DNA of 61,993 nt, the filler included, from Jimgerdemannia flammicorona (lineage: Eukaryota), in assembly GCA_003990765.1 (NCBI GenBank). It is 3 parts of 3 records of this genome, joined end to end, with 100 filler letters (N's around TTAATTAATTAA, not from the genome) between each part and the next. Parts side by side here need not be neighbours in the genome. Positions count along the whole stretch, not along the records: positions 41,397 to 61,993 come from RBNJ01001641.1; 2 more parts are not named here. One strand, written 5' to 3'. The position numbers were made by a program, and so were the translations under genes. The notes under the pieces are model-generated. The model did not search any database, was not told the origin of the DNA, and saw nothing but the letters and a program-made list of their open reading frames with translations. Shown one piece after another: positions 41,600 through 52,090 of the stretch (the first letter of the stretch is position 1; each line of letters starts with the position of its first letter).

Positions 41600-41947
41600 C
41601 TAAGAATTAAGAACATTATTACCAAGATCTATAATAACTATGAAAATTGGAACTACTATCTACCAATAGCATTATCTACTCTCTAGAATATTTAATTACA
41701 AAGTATATATCTATTTTACTCTATAAGAAATACTATTTAGAGAAAAAAGTACTTAAGAAATTCTATAGTCTAATAGAGATACTATATAAAAGTATACAAA
41801 CATAAAGATATAGAAATTATATTAAATTAGAAAGAAGACTGAGATTATATAATCAAGATATAAGCCCTATAGTAGAATAATATAGAAAAGATTTACAAGC
41901 TTTTGGAGATTATTAAGATAAGAGACAAAGTTTTAGTATATATATAT
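41600..41947 (+). mobile_element. Relic of an E4-like element (integrase C-terminus), left of the E5 insertion
   Basis: KIYKLLEIIKIRDKVLVY matches E4 KTHKPLEIIKIGDKVLVY and resumes at 54358. Confidence 0.75.
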
Positions 41948-42079
41948 TGTGACATATACAATTGACAATGGAGTACTAGTGACTGCTAAGATCAGAAGAC
42001 ATAATGGCATAACAATCAAATAGACAGCCTGACCCATTAGGTGATCATCCCAAAAGAAGACAAGATGATCTGAGCCAAA

Positions 42080-43102
42080 ATGAAGACCACATTATTTAAG
42101 GAACCATACTCCACCTCAAGAATCAGCACCAAAGAACCAAGTATCCACCACACAATGCCTCCCATTTGCCAAACCAACCAGACCTCCCGCTGCTCTACCC
42201 CTTTGCCTGGCCCAAAGACCCTGATCTTTGAAGTTATCAAGAAGGCCATCTGGCACTCAGATACTTCCGAACACTTGAACTTCTACACTGAGGACCTTGG
42301 ATACTTCATCAACTACTGGTATATAATGACCCAACAGCTCAAAGATACTACTGAACAAATGACCCTCTGGTATGACTATGAAATCGGACACCGCCTTCGC
42401 AATGAGACTCAAGAAAGCAACCAGGAAGACCTCATTGCCAAAATGTTAACCACCAGCCAGCTAATCAAAAGAGCCCTCCGTGTCCATCAAATCTTCTGCC
42501 ATATTCCCTGGGCTATAGCACACTTGTAAGGAGTAACAGCTGACAGCCTCTCCCGCCTTTCAACTGAAGATGCTGACTGGATAGAATCTGAAGTAGTCAA
42601 CGCTATTGGCAGCAACTGCATCACTGTAGGAAGCCAACAAACCAAACCTACTCAGCCAGGTTTCCATACTACTCCACTCCGAGACAACCATCAAGGTCAC
42701 CTAATGAGTCTTATGGAGATATTTGAAGGACTGCCCATCACTATAGAGGCACCTGTTGGAGCTACCCCAACCACCCACCACCCTGTCAGCCACAATTCAC
42801 ACCTCATCATTTGGGAACCGAATCAAGAAGAAGCCCAAGAAGTTCCTGTCTTTGAAGAGGAGGCCCAAGAACTCCAAGACCCTGCCTCTGAAGAAACCCC
42901 CTCTGACATTGAAACTGACGAGCCTTCAGAAGAAGAAGAGGAGCAACAGAGAGTCTACTAGTCCTCTGTCTACATTCAAGCTGTTCAAAGGTTGGAGAAT
43001 GTTGTTGAAGATGACTGGCCACTTTTCTACCCCCTCACCTCTTGGCTGGCGCTTCCCCCCTTTGAGAAGAGATATGATGAAGAAGAAATCACAACCCAGT
43101 AA
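42080..43102 (+). pseudogene. LTR (U3)-encoded accessory ORF of E5, ~340-353 codons
   Basis: ORFs 42080-42529 and 42704-42961 share one frame. Internal stops are read as Gln in E2 or the 3' LTR copy. May extend to TAG ~43141. Confidence 0.8.
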
Positions 43103-43168
43103 GATTTTCTCGCTGCGGATGAAGGGTATTATTTCCTCTAGAGTACCACCCATCAGCCGTGAGAACTC

Positions 43169-43370
43169 AGCATTTTGTCAGCAGGTCTGAATCCAGCATT
43201 GCTACTCAGTACCACCGTTTTCAGCATTTTGTCAGCTCATCTGAATCCAGCATTGCTACCCAGTACCACTGTTTTCAGCATTTTATCAGCTCATCCGAAT
43301 CTAGCGTTGCTATCCAGTACCACTGTTTTCAGCATTTTGTCAGCTTATCCGAATCTAGTATTGCTATCCC
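43169..43370 (+). repeat. 54-bp tandem repeat, ~3.7 copies, in E5 U3 (also ~53311-53512)
   Basis: Unit CAGCATTTTGTCAGCTCATCCGAATCCAGCATTGCTACCCAGTACCACCGTTTT. Confidence 0.9.
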
Positions 43371-44213
43371 CTATAACCCAATCCATAGTAAACAATAGCC
43401 TGCACCTCGTATCGTGCAAACCAATAGCATAAGTTTGCCACAACATAGTATACCTTAGCCTTAGTTACACCCCTCCCCCATAGCTAGCAAACTTGTATAA
43501 ATAACCCATATCCTTAGAGTGAATAAACCTCAGTCAGCTTGTATTTAAAAGTAAAAAGGATTACAAAGAAACCACTGCCTCCAAGAGACTGGATAAATTC
43601 TGAGAACAAGATAACAACCTAGAGCAATAGATTGCTTGGAAGTTTGAGTTAAAGAATTTTCTCTTGCCATGGAAAGAAAATGTTACCCGACCACCACCAT
43701 TCAGACCACGCATTCGACCACCATTCGAGATTCAAGACCCGGAAAACCAAGGAACCCAAGGATACCCAGCCAAACAAGACCACAGCCTAAGACCTGCCAA
43801 GATACTCAAATGACCATCAAAGACCCGAGTTATCCCGCCCTTTCAAGCTAAACAAGATGGACGAGCGAGCCGTCGACTGATTCCTGACCTACTGTGCCAT
43901 GGACCACTTTAATTGACCGCTTAAAGCCAAGCCCGTCATCACCGCCAAGTTATTCGCTGCCCTTTTCCACTAAAAAATTGAGCCACCATCATTGAACAAC
44001 CGAATGACCTCATCATCGACGTCCTGAGCCAAACGAACAATCGAACTTCTGCTATCAATTATCGCATATTTCGAATGATCCGATCACGTGACCATTGACC
44101 CGTCACCACTGTGAACATCACCAATGCATTCAGTTATCTATTGCACACTTCACCAGTGGCACACATTGAGCCATGCCAGAAGCAACTAGGGATACAAACC
44201 CAACACCACATTT

Positions 44214-44231
44214 TGGGGGCTCAACTGGGAA
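44214..44231 (+). promoter_or_regulatory. E5 primer-binding site, tRNA-Pro-like
   Basis: TGGGGGCTCAACTGGGAA directly after the LTR. Confidence 0.75.
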
Positions 44232-44279
44232 GGTTTTCAAAAGACTTGACCATTTGGCTCAAGAACCCAGCGATCTACA

Positions 44280-47200
44280 GTGGAGAACTTAGCAGGACCA
44301 AGTCAGCAACCAAACCAGGGGCAGCAACAGCCCTCCTCAGCAGAAAAGAAAGCCTACACCCTTGTCAGAACAGTAGCCAGGACCCTACTCAACACCAGTA
44401 GCCAGAAAACCGAATCAGAAGAAAGAAGTGACCCAGATTACGGTTTGACTCCAAGAGAAAGGAGACAACTCAGAGGGCAACCAGAACCGCCCCTTCAGAT
44501 CCAAGACTTAGGCCAAGAAGAAGAAGAAGAGGATATCTCTAAGGAGTATCAGACCCTTATCCATAAGAAGAACTCAGACAGAAGTGACTACATAACTACT
44601 GTTATTACTCGAGTCACTCCACTAGACTGGGTATACTTTGAAACATCAGAAGGAGAAGAGGACTACCATCTATATCAACCAGAGCAAGATGATGATTGGG
44701 GATCAGACCATCAAAGAGATGAATTCAACCTATACTATTATCCAGACAGCGACACTGACCCACAACAAGGCGAACCAGACCTCACTACTTCACAACAGCA
44801 AGGGGTAGATGAACTCACTATCAGTTATATCAGTCCACTCCCACCATCAGTTGCTTGAACTTCAGTATCCTGGTCACTCACACCTCACCACTATCACCAG
44901 TCAATCAGAAGATCTCCACCACTACCCAGGATGTCAACCCCAGCATTAATTAGAAGAGCCAGATTACCCTCACCCTCACCAAGACACCACCCTCTGCCAG
45001 TACTACTAGATCATCAAGTACTAGCACCACCACCTTTCCCATCACTCCGAGGATCCACCAGATCCCCTACCCCTGAACAATACTCAGATAGTGAAGACGA
45101 GCCAGACATGAGCTACCTTCAGAAGTTCCATGGTGCAGACAATGAAGATATCAAGGAATTCTTTGGAGAAATTGAAGTTCAAGCAGCTGCCAAACAATGG
45201 GATGCTGTAAGAAAACTCAGAATTGTAGAGTCACTCCTGAGAGGACCAGCCCTACAGAGGTATAATCAAGCCAAGTAAGCTGGAGGAGGAATCCATACAG
45301 AGGAACTGAATGACAGTCTTCAACCTGATAGGAACCATATAGCAAGGTACATGATTCACAAAGCCTGGCTCCATGCCCAGTTCAATGGATTCAAGCACCA
45401 ACAAGAAGCACAGGAGGCTTTGACCTATATGAGCCAAGCTGCCAATGAAACTCCCAAGAGTTTCTATCATCGGATTTAAGCTCAAATGATCAAGGTGAAC
45501 CTTCAACCAGCAGTCCAACTGGCCTTAGCCTCAACTACCTTCCTCAATGACTTATACCCAGAACTCTGAAGGCAAGTTATTAGGATGGGATATCGAAACA
45601 TTGAACAGCAAGTTGCTGGAGCACAAGGATGTTGGGAAGCAGATTATAGACCAGTACAACAAGTACAAGGCTATCCTGAGCCAATCCAAGCTGAAACCCC
45701 AAGGACCAGAGGAACAACTATGGAGCAAGAGAATGCCTTCCTCAGAGCCCAGATAGCCAACTATGAGAACAGACCAGCACCCACAAATCCAACTCCATTT
45801 AGGCAACCACAGCAGCAGCCACCATCAAGAGTTCAAGAAGACCCTATGACAATGCTCACTAAGCAAATGAAGGACCTGGCCATCGTGGTTGCCCAGCTGA
45901 ACAACCAAGGTAGAAGACAACAAGACTACTGTCATAATAACAGACCAGACTACCGGCAACAAGACAACAGAGGTCCCACCCCCGCACTACCAGCTACAAC
46001 TACAGCCTCATCAGCGACTGGTTCCTATGGTCCCACCTGCTTCAGCTGTGGAAATCAAGGCCACATCCAGAGGAATTGTCTAAGGAACCAACCCACCCAG
46101 TCCAATGACAGAAATGTCAACCTCTTTCAGGTAGATGAAGAGACTCAGGAGATGGAAGAAGAAGCAGCCTGACTCCATGGTCAAGAAGATGACATCTACC
46201 CATACTTCGAGGCCTTTCCATCCAAGGTGATATGGGAAGCTGCCCCCACAGAGACCAGAGGGTGAGGAAGACCACAAAGAAACCCCCCACCTCAACTACC
46301 AGTAACTATATCCACAGGCAAGCATCTGCGATATGGCTATTCTTCTTCAGACACTCCACAAGAACAGGAGAAGCGAGTTAGAAGAGATACTCCTGAACCA
46401 GAAGCTGGACCATCTAGGACAACCCCCAGCTCTACCCTGCCAGACTTTGAAGAAGATGAGCATATGAGCATAGAATCTTCAGCTGATGAAATGCCCATCA
46501 GGAATGAGAGACTACACTCCAAGGGACCAAGACACCGAAGAAGCAGCAAGCCCCATGCAGCAGCCTCACTTTGGGAACATATCTGCCTATAGTATACTGG
46601 TCTTACAGTTGAGCAAGTCCTCAAGAATGCACCAGAGGTCAGGCGAAAATTCCTGAAAGAAGCCAAGGAAGACACCAAGAGACTTCCAGTCCAAGGACCA
46701 CACACTCAAGAACCTAGCACTATCCATGCAGTCTATGAGAGCCAGTGATATGAACATCAATCTACAAGACTCGTCGATGGAAAAGTGCATGGTGAAAATA
46801 TCAGAATTCTTGTCGATACTGGAGCAGCAGTATGTATCATCACCCAAAGGATATTGGAGCGAATTGGATGGGGAATAGATGAAGGAACTAAAGCAAGAGT
46901 TATCATGGCCGACGGATCAGCTTCCACACCCCTTGGACTTGTCAGAGACATCCCCATTCAAGTTGGAAAGGCCTGCCTCAATGTACCCAAAGCCATCATG
47001 ACCCCTGCAACCTCCTATGACCTGATCCTGGGAACTGACTGGTTAAGCCGAGTGGGAGCTAATGTAGATATCAAGAAACAACTCCTGGTCTTCTCCACTC
47101 ATGGACAGAAGCACAAGGTGCCCATTGACTCGAAAGGATTATCTAAAAAGACGAATCAAGCCTCAGAAACAGAATGGCAAGAATATGGCAATACCCCCAC

Positions 47201-50200
47201 TACTACTGAGAATGAAAGTGAGACTAATTTCCTACAAGAACTAGGAAGTGATTTCAATGCCCCAAGGGACCAAGAAAGCGAACAAGAAGACTCTTTCATT
47301 GGAGTTATTGGTGTTGAAGGCCTGGAAGAAAGCATTGATAGAGCCATTAATATAAGAGCAGCACTTGAGTTTATAGGATCTTCTGCTCAATCACCACCAC
47401 CACTGGTAGAAAATCGGATCATGCGAGCCTTTTGTTGAGGCATATGCGAATACTTCATCAGCTTCCACTCACCAAGAGATGATTGCAGCAATTGCCAAAT
47501 CCTGGATCTCAAGAAGGTTCCAATGCCAGAAATCGATGACAAGGATGAATTGAAGCAAGCACCATCCCACAGCCAAATACAACCTCCAACCCCAAAGACC
47601 TTCAAGAAGACCTATAAGGAAGGACAGAAGATCCTCGCCCACCAAACATTCGAGTCCCTTACCATTGAAGGAGAAAGCAACAGCTCTTACACTATCACTC
47701 GGGCCCTCCAGATCACACAGCCCACCTATGATAAATATCAGAAGAGATTCCCTACCAGTAGGGAGGTCAAATAGCAAAATGAAGACTTTGTCAAGAAGGG
47801 ATATTGTGATTGTGGAAAAACCTTTACCTGCTACTGGTGTGAACATCGAGACGTTCACCTCAGCGAAGATGTCTACAAGAGCCGAGTCAAGAGAAAGGAT
47901 CCCACCCTGCAAAAACCTTGAATTCACTGGGCCTGTCGGAAGTGCAAAGAAATCAACTATGAAGGAGATTGCAAGTTCAAGAGCAAGACCTCCATCTGGG
48001 ACCTACCATTGGAAGTTCTTGCCATCATTCGCTGGTACTGCCACCCTCATCAAGGAAAAGAAGGTATCAATCTTGCCTTCACCCTTATGGAAGCTCTGGA
48101 CCCTCTAGAAAAGACTGGATTCAATTACACAAGAAACTCAAAGACAGGAGCTCACTGGCCTTTCTTCAAACCGGAGTGCATGGACTTCTCACCTACAATG
48201 ACAACAGCTGAAGCGCTATTTCTCAAAGCTCAACCAATTATCCAGATCAAGCTGCTTTCACCCTGGGCACAGCCACCTCTTGCACAAACAGAAGGATCAG
48301 TTGGCTATGACCTCTGCCTCCCCTACCAAGTAAGAATCTGACCCAGAAGTACCAGGACTTTTGACCTACAGATCACACTCGCTATACCACCTGGGCATTA
48401 TAGACAATTGGCCTCAAGATCCTCATTGGCAACCAAAGGAGTTACAGTAGAAGGAGGAGTCATCGATCAGGACTACCGAGGTCTCTTGAAGGTCATTATC
48501 TGCAATTCCAGTAGAACCAGCCGATTCTTCAGTCCTATGGAAGCCATCTGTCAAATCCTGTTTATCAAGACATCACAGCTGACTATCCAAGAGGTAGACC
48601 AACTAGAAGATACCAACAGAGGACAAGAAGGCTTTGGAAGCACCAATAGAAATCTATGGACACCACCTATCGAGGTTCATTTGGCAATAGTTGCTCAATT
48701 CTGACAAATGAGACCCCATATCTACCGCCCAATCCGAGCAAGAGAAGACATCCTCCTGCAGCCCTACCAGCAAAAAGGCCTAGATGTGCACCTACCAGTA
48801 GAAGCAAACAACTTGATATTTGCACCATCACTGGAGCTTCAAAAGGAATACCACATCCTCCTGGCTGAAGAACAAATTCATGACCAGATGTCACCAATTC
48901 ACATCCCTATCAGAAACTTGGCCTTCGAAGTGATAACTATCTCCAAGGGAACAACACTGGGATATTTCAAACCACTGATAGACACCTACGAGGAAGAAGT
49001 CTTCAAATTCTTGGGAAACAGCAAGCTCTCTCCAGTGAGACTGACGGTACCAGAGAGGAAGACTCAGCAAATTCAGTACTCAAAGCTGTCGACATCGAGA
49101 CAACTCTAACCAAGGACCAGCAACAACAAATACAGGAGTTGATAGAGGAGTACAAAGATATATTTACCACCACATACGATAACTTCCTACCATATCAATA
49201 TGGAGAACACCCTATACATACTGGAGATACAAGACCAATCCGACAAAGACCCTACCGAACACCACATCATCTGATTGAATTCAAACAACAACACATAGAT
49301 GAAATGCTATGAAATGGAGTTATCAGACCATCATCAAGCCCCTGGGCCTCACCAGCAATCATAGTACCAAAGAAAGGAGGATGGAGATTAGTCGTGGATT
49401 TCAGAAAACTCAACAAAGTCACCACAGAAGATGCCTACCCACTGCCAAGAATTGATGACCTCATCAATGCCCTCGGAAAAGCCAAATACATGACCACTAC
49501 TGACCAGTTCCAAGGATTCCAAGTAATACCCATTGCCAAAGAAGATATCTGCAAGACGGCCTTCATCATCAGACGAGGACAGTATGAATACCTATGAATG
49601 CCCTTTGGACTCTGCAATGCACCTGCCTCATTCCAACGAATGATGAACTATGTCTACTGGGACCTTATTAGAAGAAATGTACTAGTGTACATAGATGATG
49701 TAATCATCTACTCTGAGACATTGAAGCAGCATTTGCAAGACCTCTGCGAAGTATTCAATACCATTCGAAATTCAGAACTCAGACTCAATGCCAAGAAGTG
49801 CTTCTTCAGAAAGCATCAAGTCAAATATCTGAGATATGTTGTCTCAGCTCAAGGAACACATGCCGACCCCCGCAAGGTGGAGAAAGTCAAGAACTACCCA
49901 ACCCCGACCTCAGCAAAGGAGACCCTATCCTTCCTTATACTGGCATCCTACTATCGACAATTCATCCCAAGGTTTTCAGATAAGGCAGCACCTCTCCGAG
50001 ATATCTCCAAGAAGGACCAACCATTCTACTGGAAAGGAGAACAACAAAAGTCATTCGACCTACTCAAGAAGACCCTTACCGAAGCCCCTGTCCTGGTGTG
50101 ATCAGACTTTGGCAAACCATTCATCCTGGCAACTGATGCCTCAGCCTTAGGACTTGGATCAATTCTGTCTCAGTAAGATGACCAGAAGAGGGAGCATATT

Positions 50201-50548
50201 ATCGAATATACTAGCAAGGCCACGAATGAAACACAAGCGAACTATGGAGCCACTAAGTTGGAATGCCTAGCAGTAGTTTGGGCTGTGGACCACTTCTGAC
50301 ACTATCTCTTGGGAAAGAGATTCGCCCTCATCACTGACCATCAAGCTCTACAATGGTTGTTCAATAAGCCAGAGCCCTCAGGAATCTTCACTAGATGGAT
50401 CATGTCCCTGCAAGAATATCAGTTCACTATTGTCTACAAGAAAGATGCTAAGAATTCCAATGTCAATACCCTGTCAAGAATCCCGTGAAACCAACAAGAA
50501 GGGAAGGAGCCCCCACAAGAGAAGGCTGCTTCCTGTCTACCCAAATGA
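44280..50548 (+). pseudogene. E5 gag-PR-(Cys-rich/F-box-like)-dUTPase-dUTPase-like-RT-RNaseH
   Basis: ORF fragments at 44280, 44931, 45585, 46785, 47523, 48009, 48408 and 48708 all share one frame, with one frameshift ~49090. Motifs CFSCGNQGHIQRNC, ILVDTGA, GYDL/RSSLA/GGVIDQDYRG/RGQEGFGST, YIDD and LATDAS. Confidence 0.95.
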
Positions 50549-51765
50549 ACCAAGAATTGCACCTCGCCCTTACCTGGAGCCTACACCATAGAAGCTTCAA
50601 GAAAGGAATTCAACCAGCCTACAAGTTGTTTATCCAAAGGAATTTCAAGAAATTCCAAGAAGACAATAGCGAACTTTGGAGAGTAGAAGGAGAGCAGTAC
50701 ACCCGAGTTTCAAGAGAAGAAGAAATATTGAAGATTCTGACAACAAATCATGACCAAAATGCACACCAAGGAATTGGTACCACAATCGCAAGAATCAAGA
50801 AACGATACTGATGGCCCAAGATGAGAAAACAAATTTCAATGTACATTCAACAATGTGATATCTGCCAAAGATACCGACAAAAGCCTACCAACAGAGCACC
50901 ATTAATACCAATCGCAGCACCAGCTGGAGCCTTTCAAAGACTAGGAATAGACATTATTGGACCTCTACCAGTAACCAGCCAAGGAAGATACTACATCCTC
51001 ACTATCAAAGACCACCTGACAAAATGGCCCGAAGCCTTTGCTATCGAGACTGCCGATGCCCAGACAATTATTGGGATCCTGTATGATGAAATTTTCAGCC
51101 GCCATGGTGTGCCCAAGGAAATCATTACAGACCAAGGCCGAGAATTCGTCAACCAAGCCATGAAGACCTTTGCGAGCAACTTCAAGATCAAGCTATGACC
51201 AACAACAGCCTACTACCTACAGACAAATAGACTCACTGAATGAATGAACTAGACCATCAAGCGAGGTCTCAGTAGAACCGAAGATCAACTAAACTGGGAT
51301 ATCTATCTACCGGCAATTCTGTTCAGCATCTGTACCTCTAAGGTAACCGCTACCCAACAGACCCCCTTCTATTTGGTATATGGCTGAGAAGCACAAGATC
51401 CTACTGAACCAGTCCAGCTAGATCTGTCAAAACAAGTCACAGAAGAGATCACCCAGTTACATGACATATGCCAGCAAGCACGAGAATTTATCGCCAAGGC
51501 ACAAGAATGACAAAAGAGGTACTACGACCGCAAAGCCAACCTTGAACCCCTGCTCATTAGACAAAAGGTTCTGGTGTACCGTACCATCATAGAAGGAAAT
51601 TGGAGTACCAAGCTTGAACCAAAATGGAAAGGCCCCTATCTCATACATCAAGTATTCTCGAACCACACTTATCAACTCAAGACCTTGGATGGAGTTATAC
51701 TCAAGACCAAGATACATCACAACCGCATAAGACTCTACTACTCAAGAGAAGCAAAATGCATTTGA
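50545..51765 (+). pseudogene. E5 integrase, separate ORF
   Basis: MNQELHL start. HDQNAHQG...CDICQ, GIDIIGP, TDQGREF, KLEPKWKGPY. No chromodomain seen. Confidence 0.93.
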
Positions 51766-52090
51766 ACAATCCTGTTCACTCTGTCTGTATTGCCTCCACT
51801 GGAGATACAATGGATATTTCACTCGGAACTCAAGAAAGCCAATAACGTTGGAACCAGACTCAAGCCCATCCACGTGACAGACTTTGTTACTAAGAAATTG
51901 TCTCGGATTATAAGTAATACTATTTCCGATGGATTCGAACCCCCAGCCGTGACTATGGGAGCTCTCGCCCTAGATAAGGATGGCCAGTCCTCACAAATGC
52001 ACCAGCATTCCGCTCATCCCTAGAGTTAAGACCACCCAACTCTGTGTAATCCTCACTGCCGAGGACAGCTCTAATTTTGCAAGGGGCAGA

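Larger units (their letters stand above)
41948..44210 (+). repeat. E5 5' LTR (2263 bp)
   Basis: Colinear with 52091-54353. CCAAT 43421, TATAAATA 43496, AATAAA 43522. Confidence 0.97.

Noticed and set aside
43169..43370. Regular repeats as a CRISPR array or an 18-aa repeat protein
   Set aside because: Head-to-tail 54-bp units with no unique spacers, inside a eukaryotic LTR. The ORFs are by-products of the repeat.
51930..51945. GGATTCGAACCC resembling a tRNA T-arm or B-box on the minus strand
   Set aside because: No cloverleaf or acceptor stem found by eye around it.
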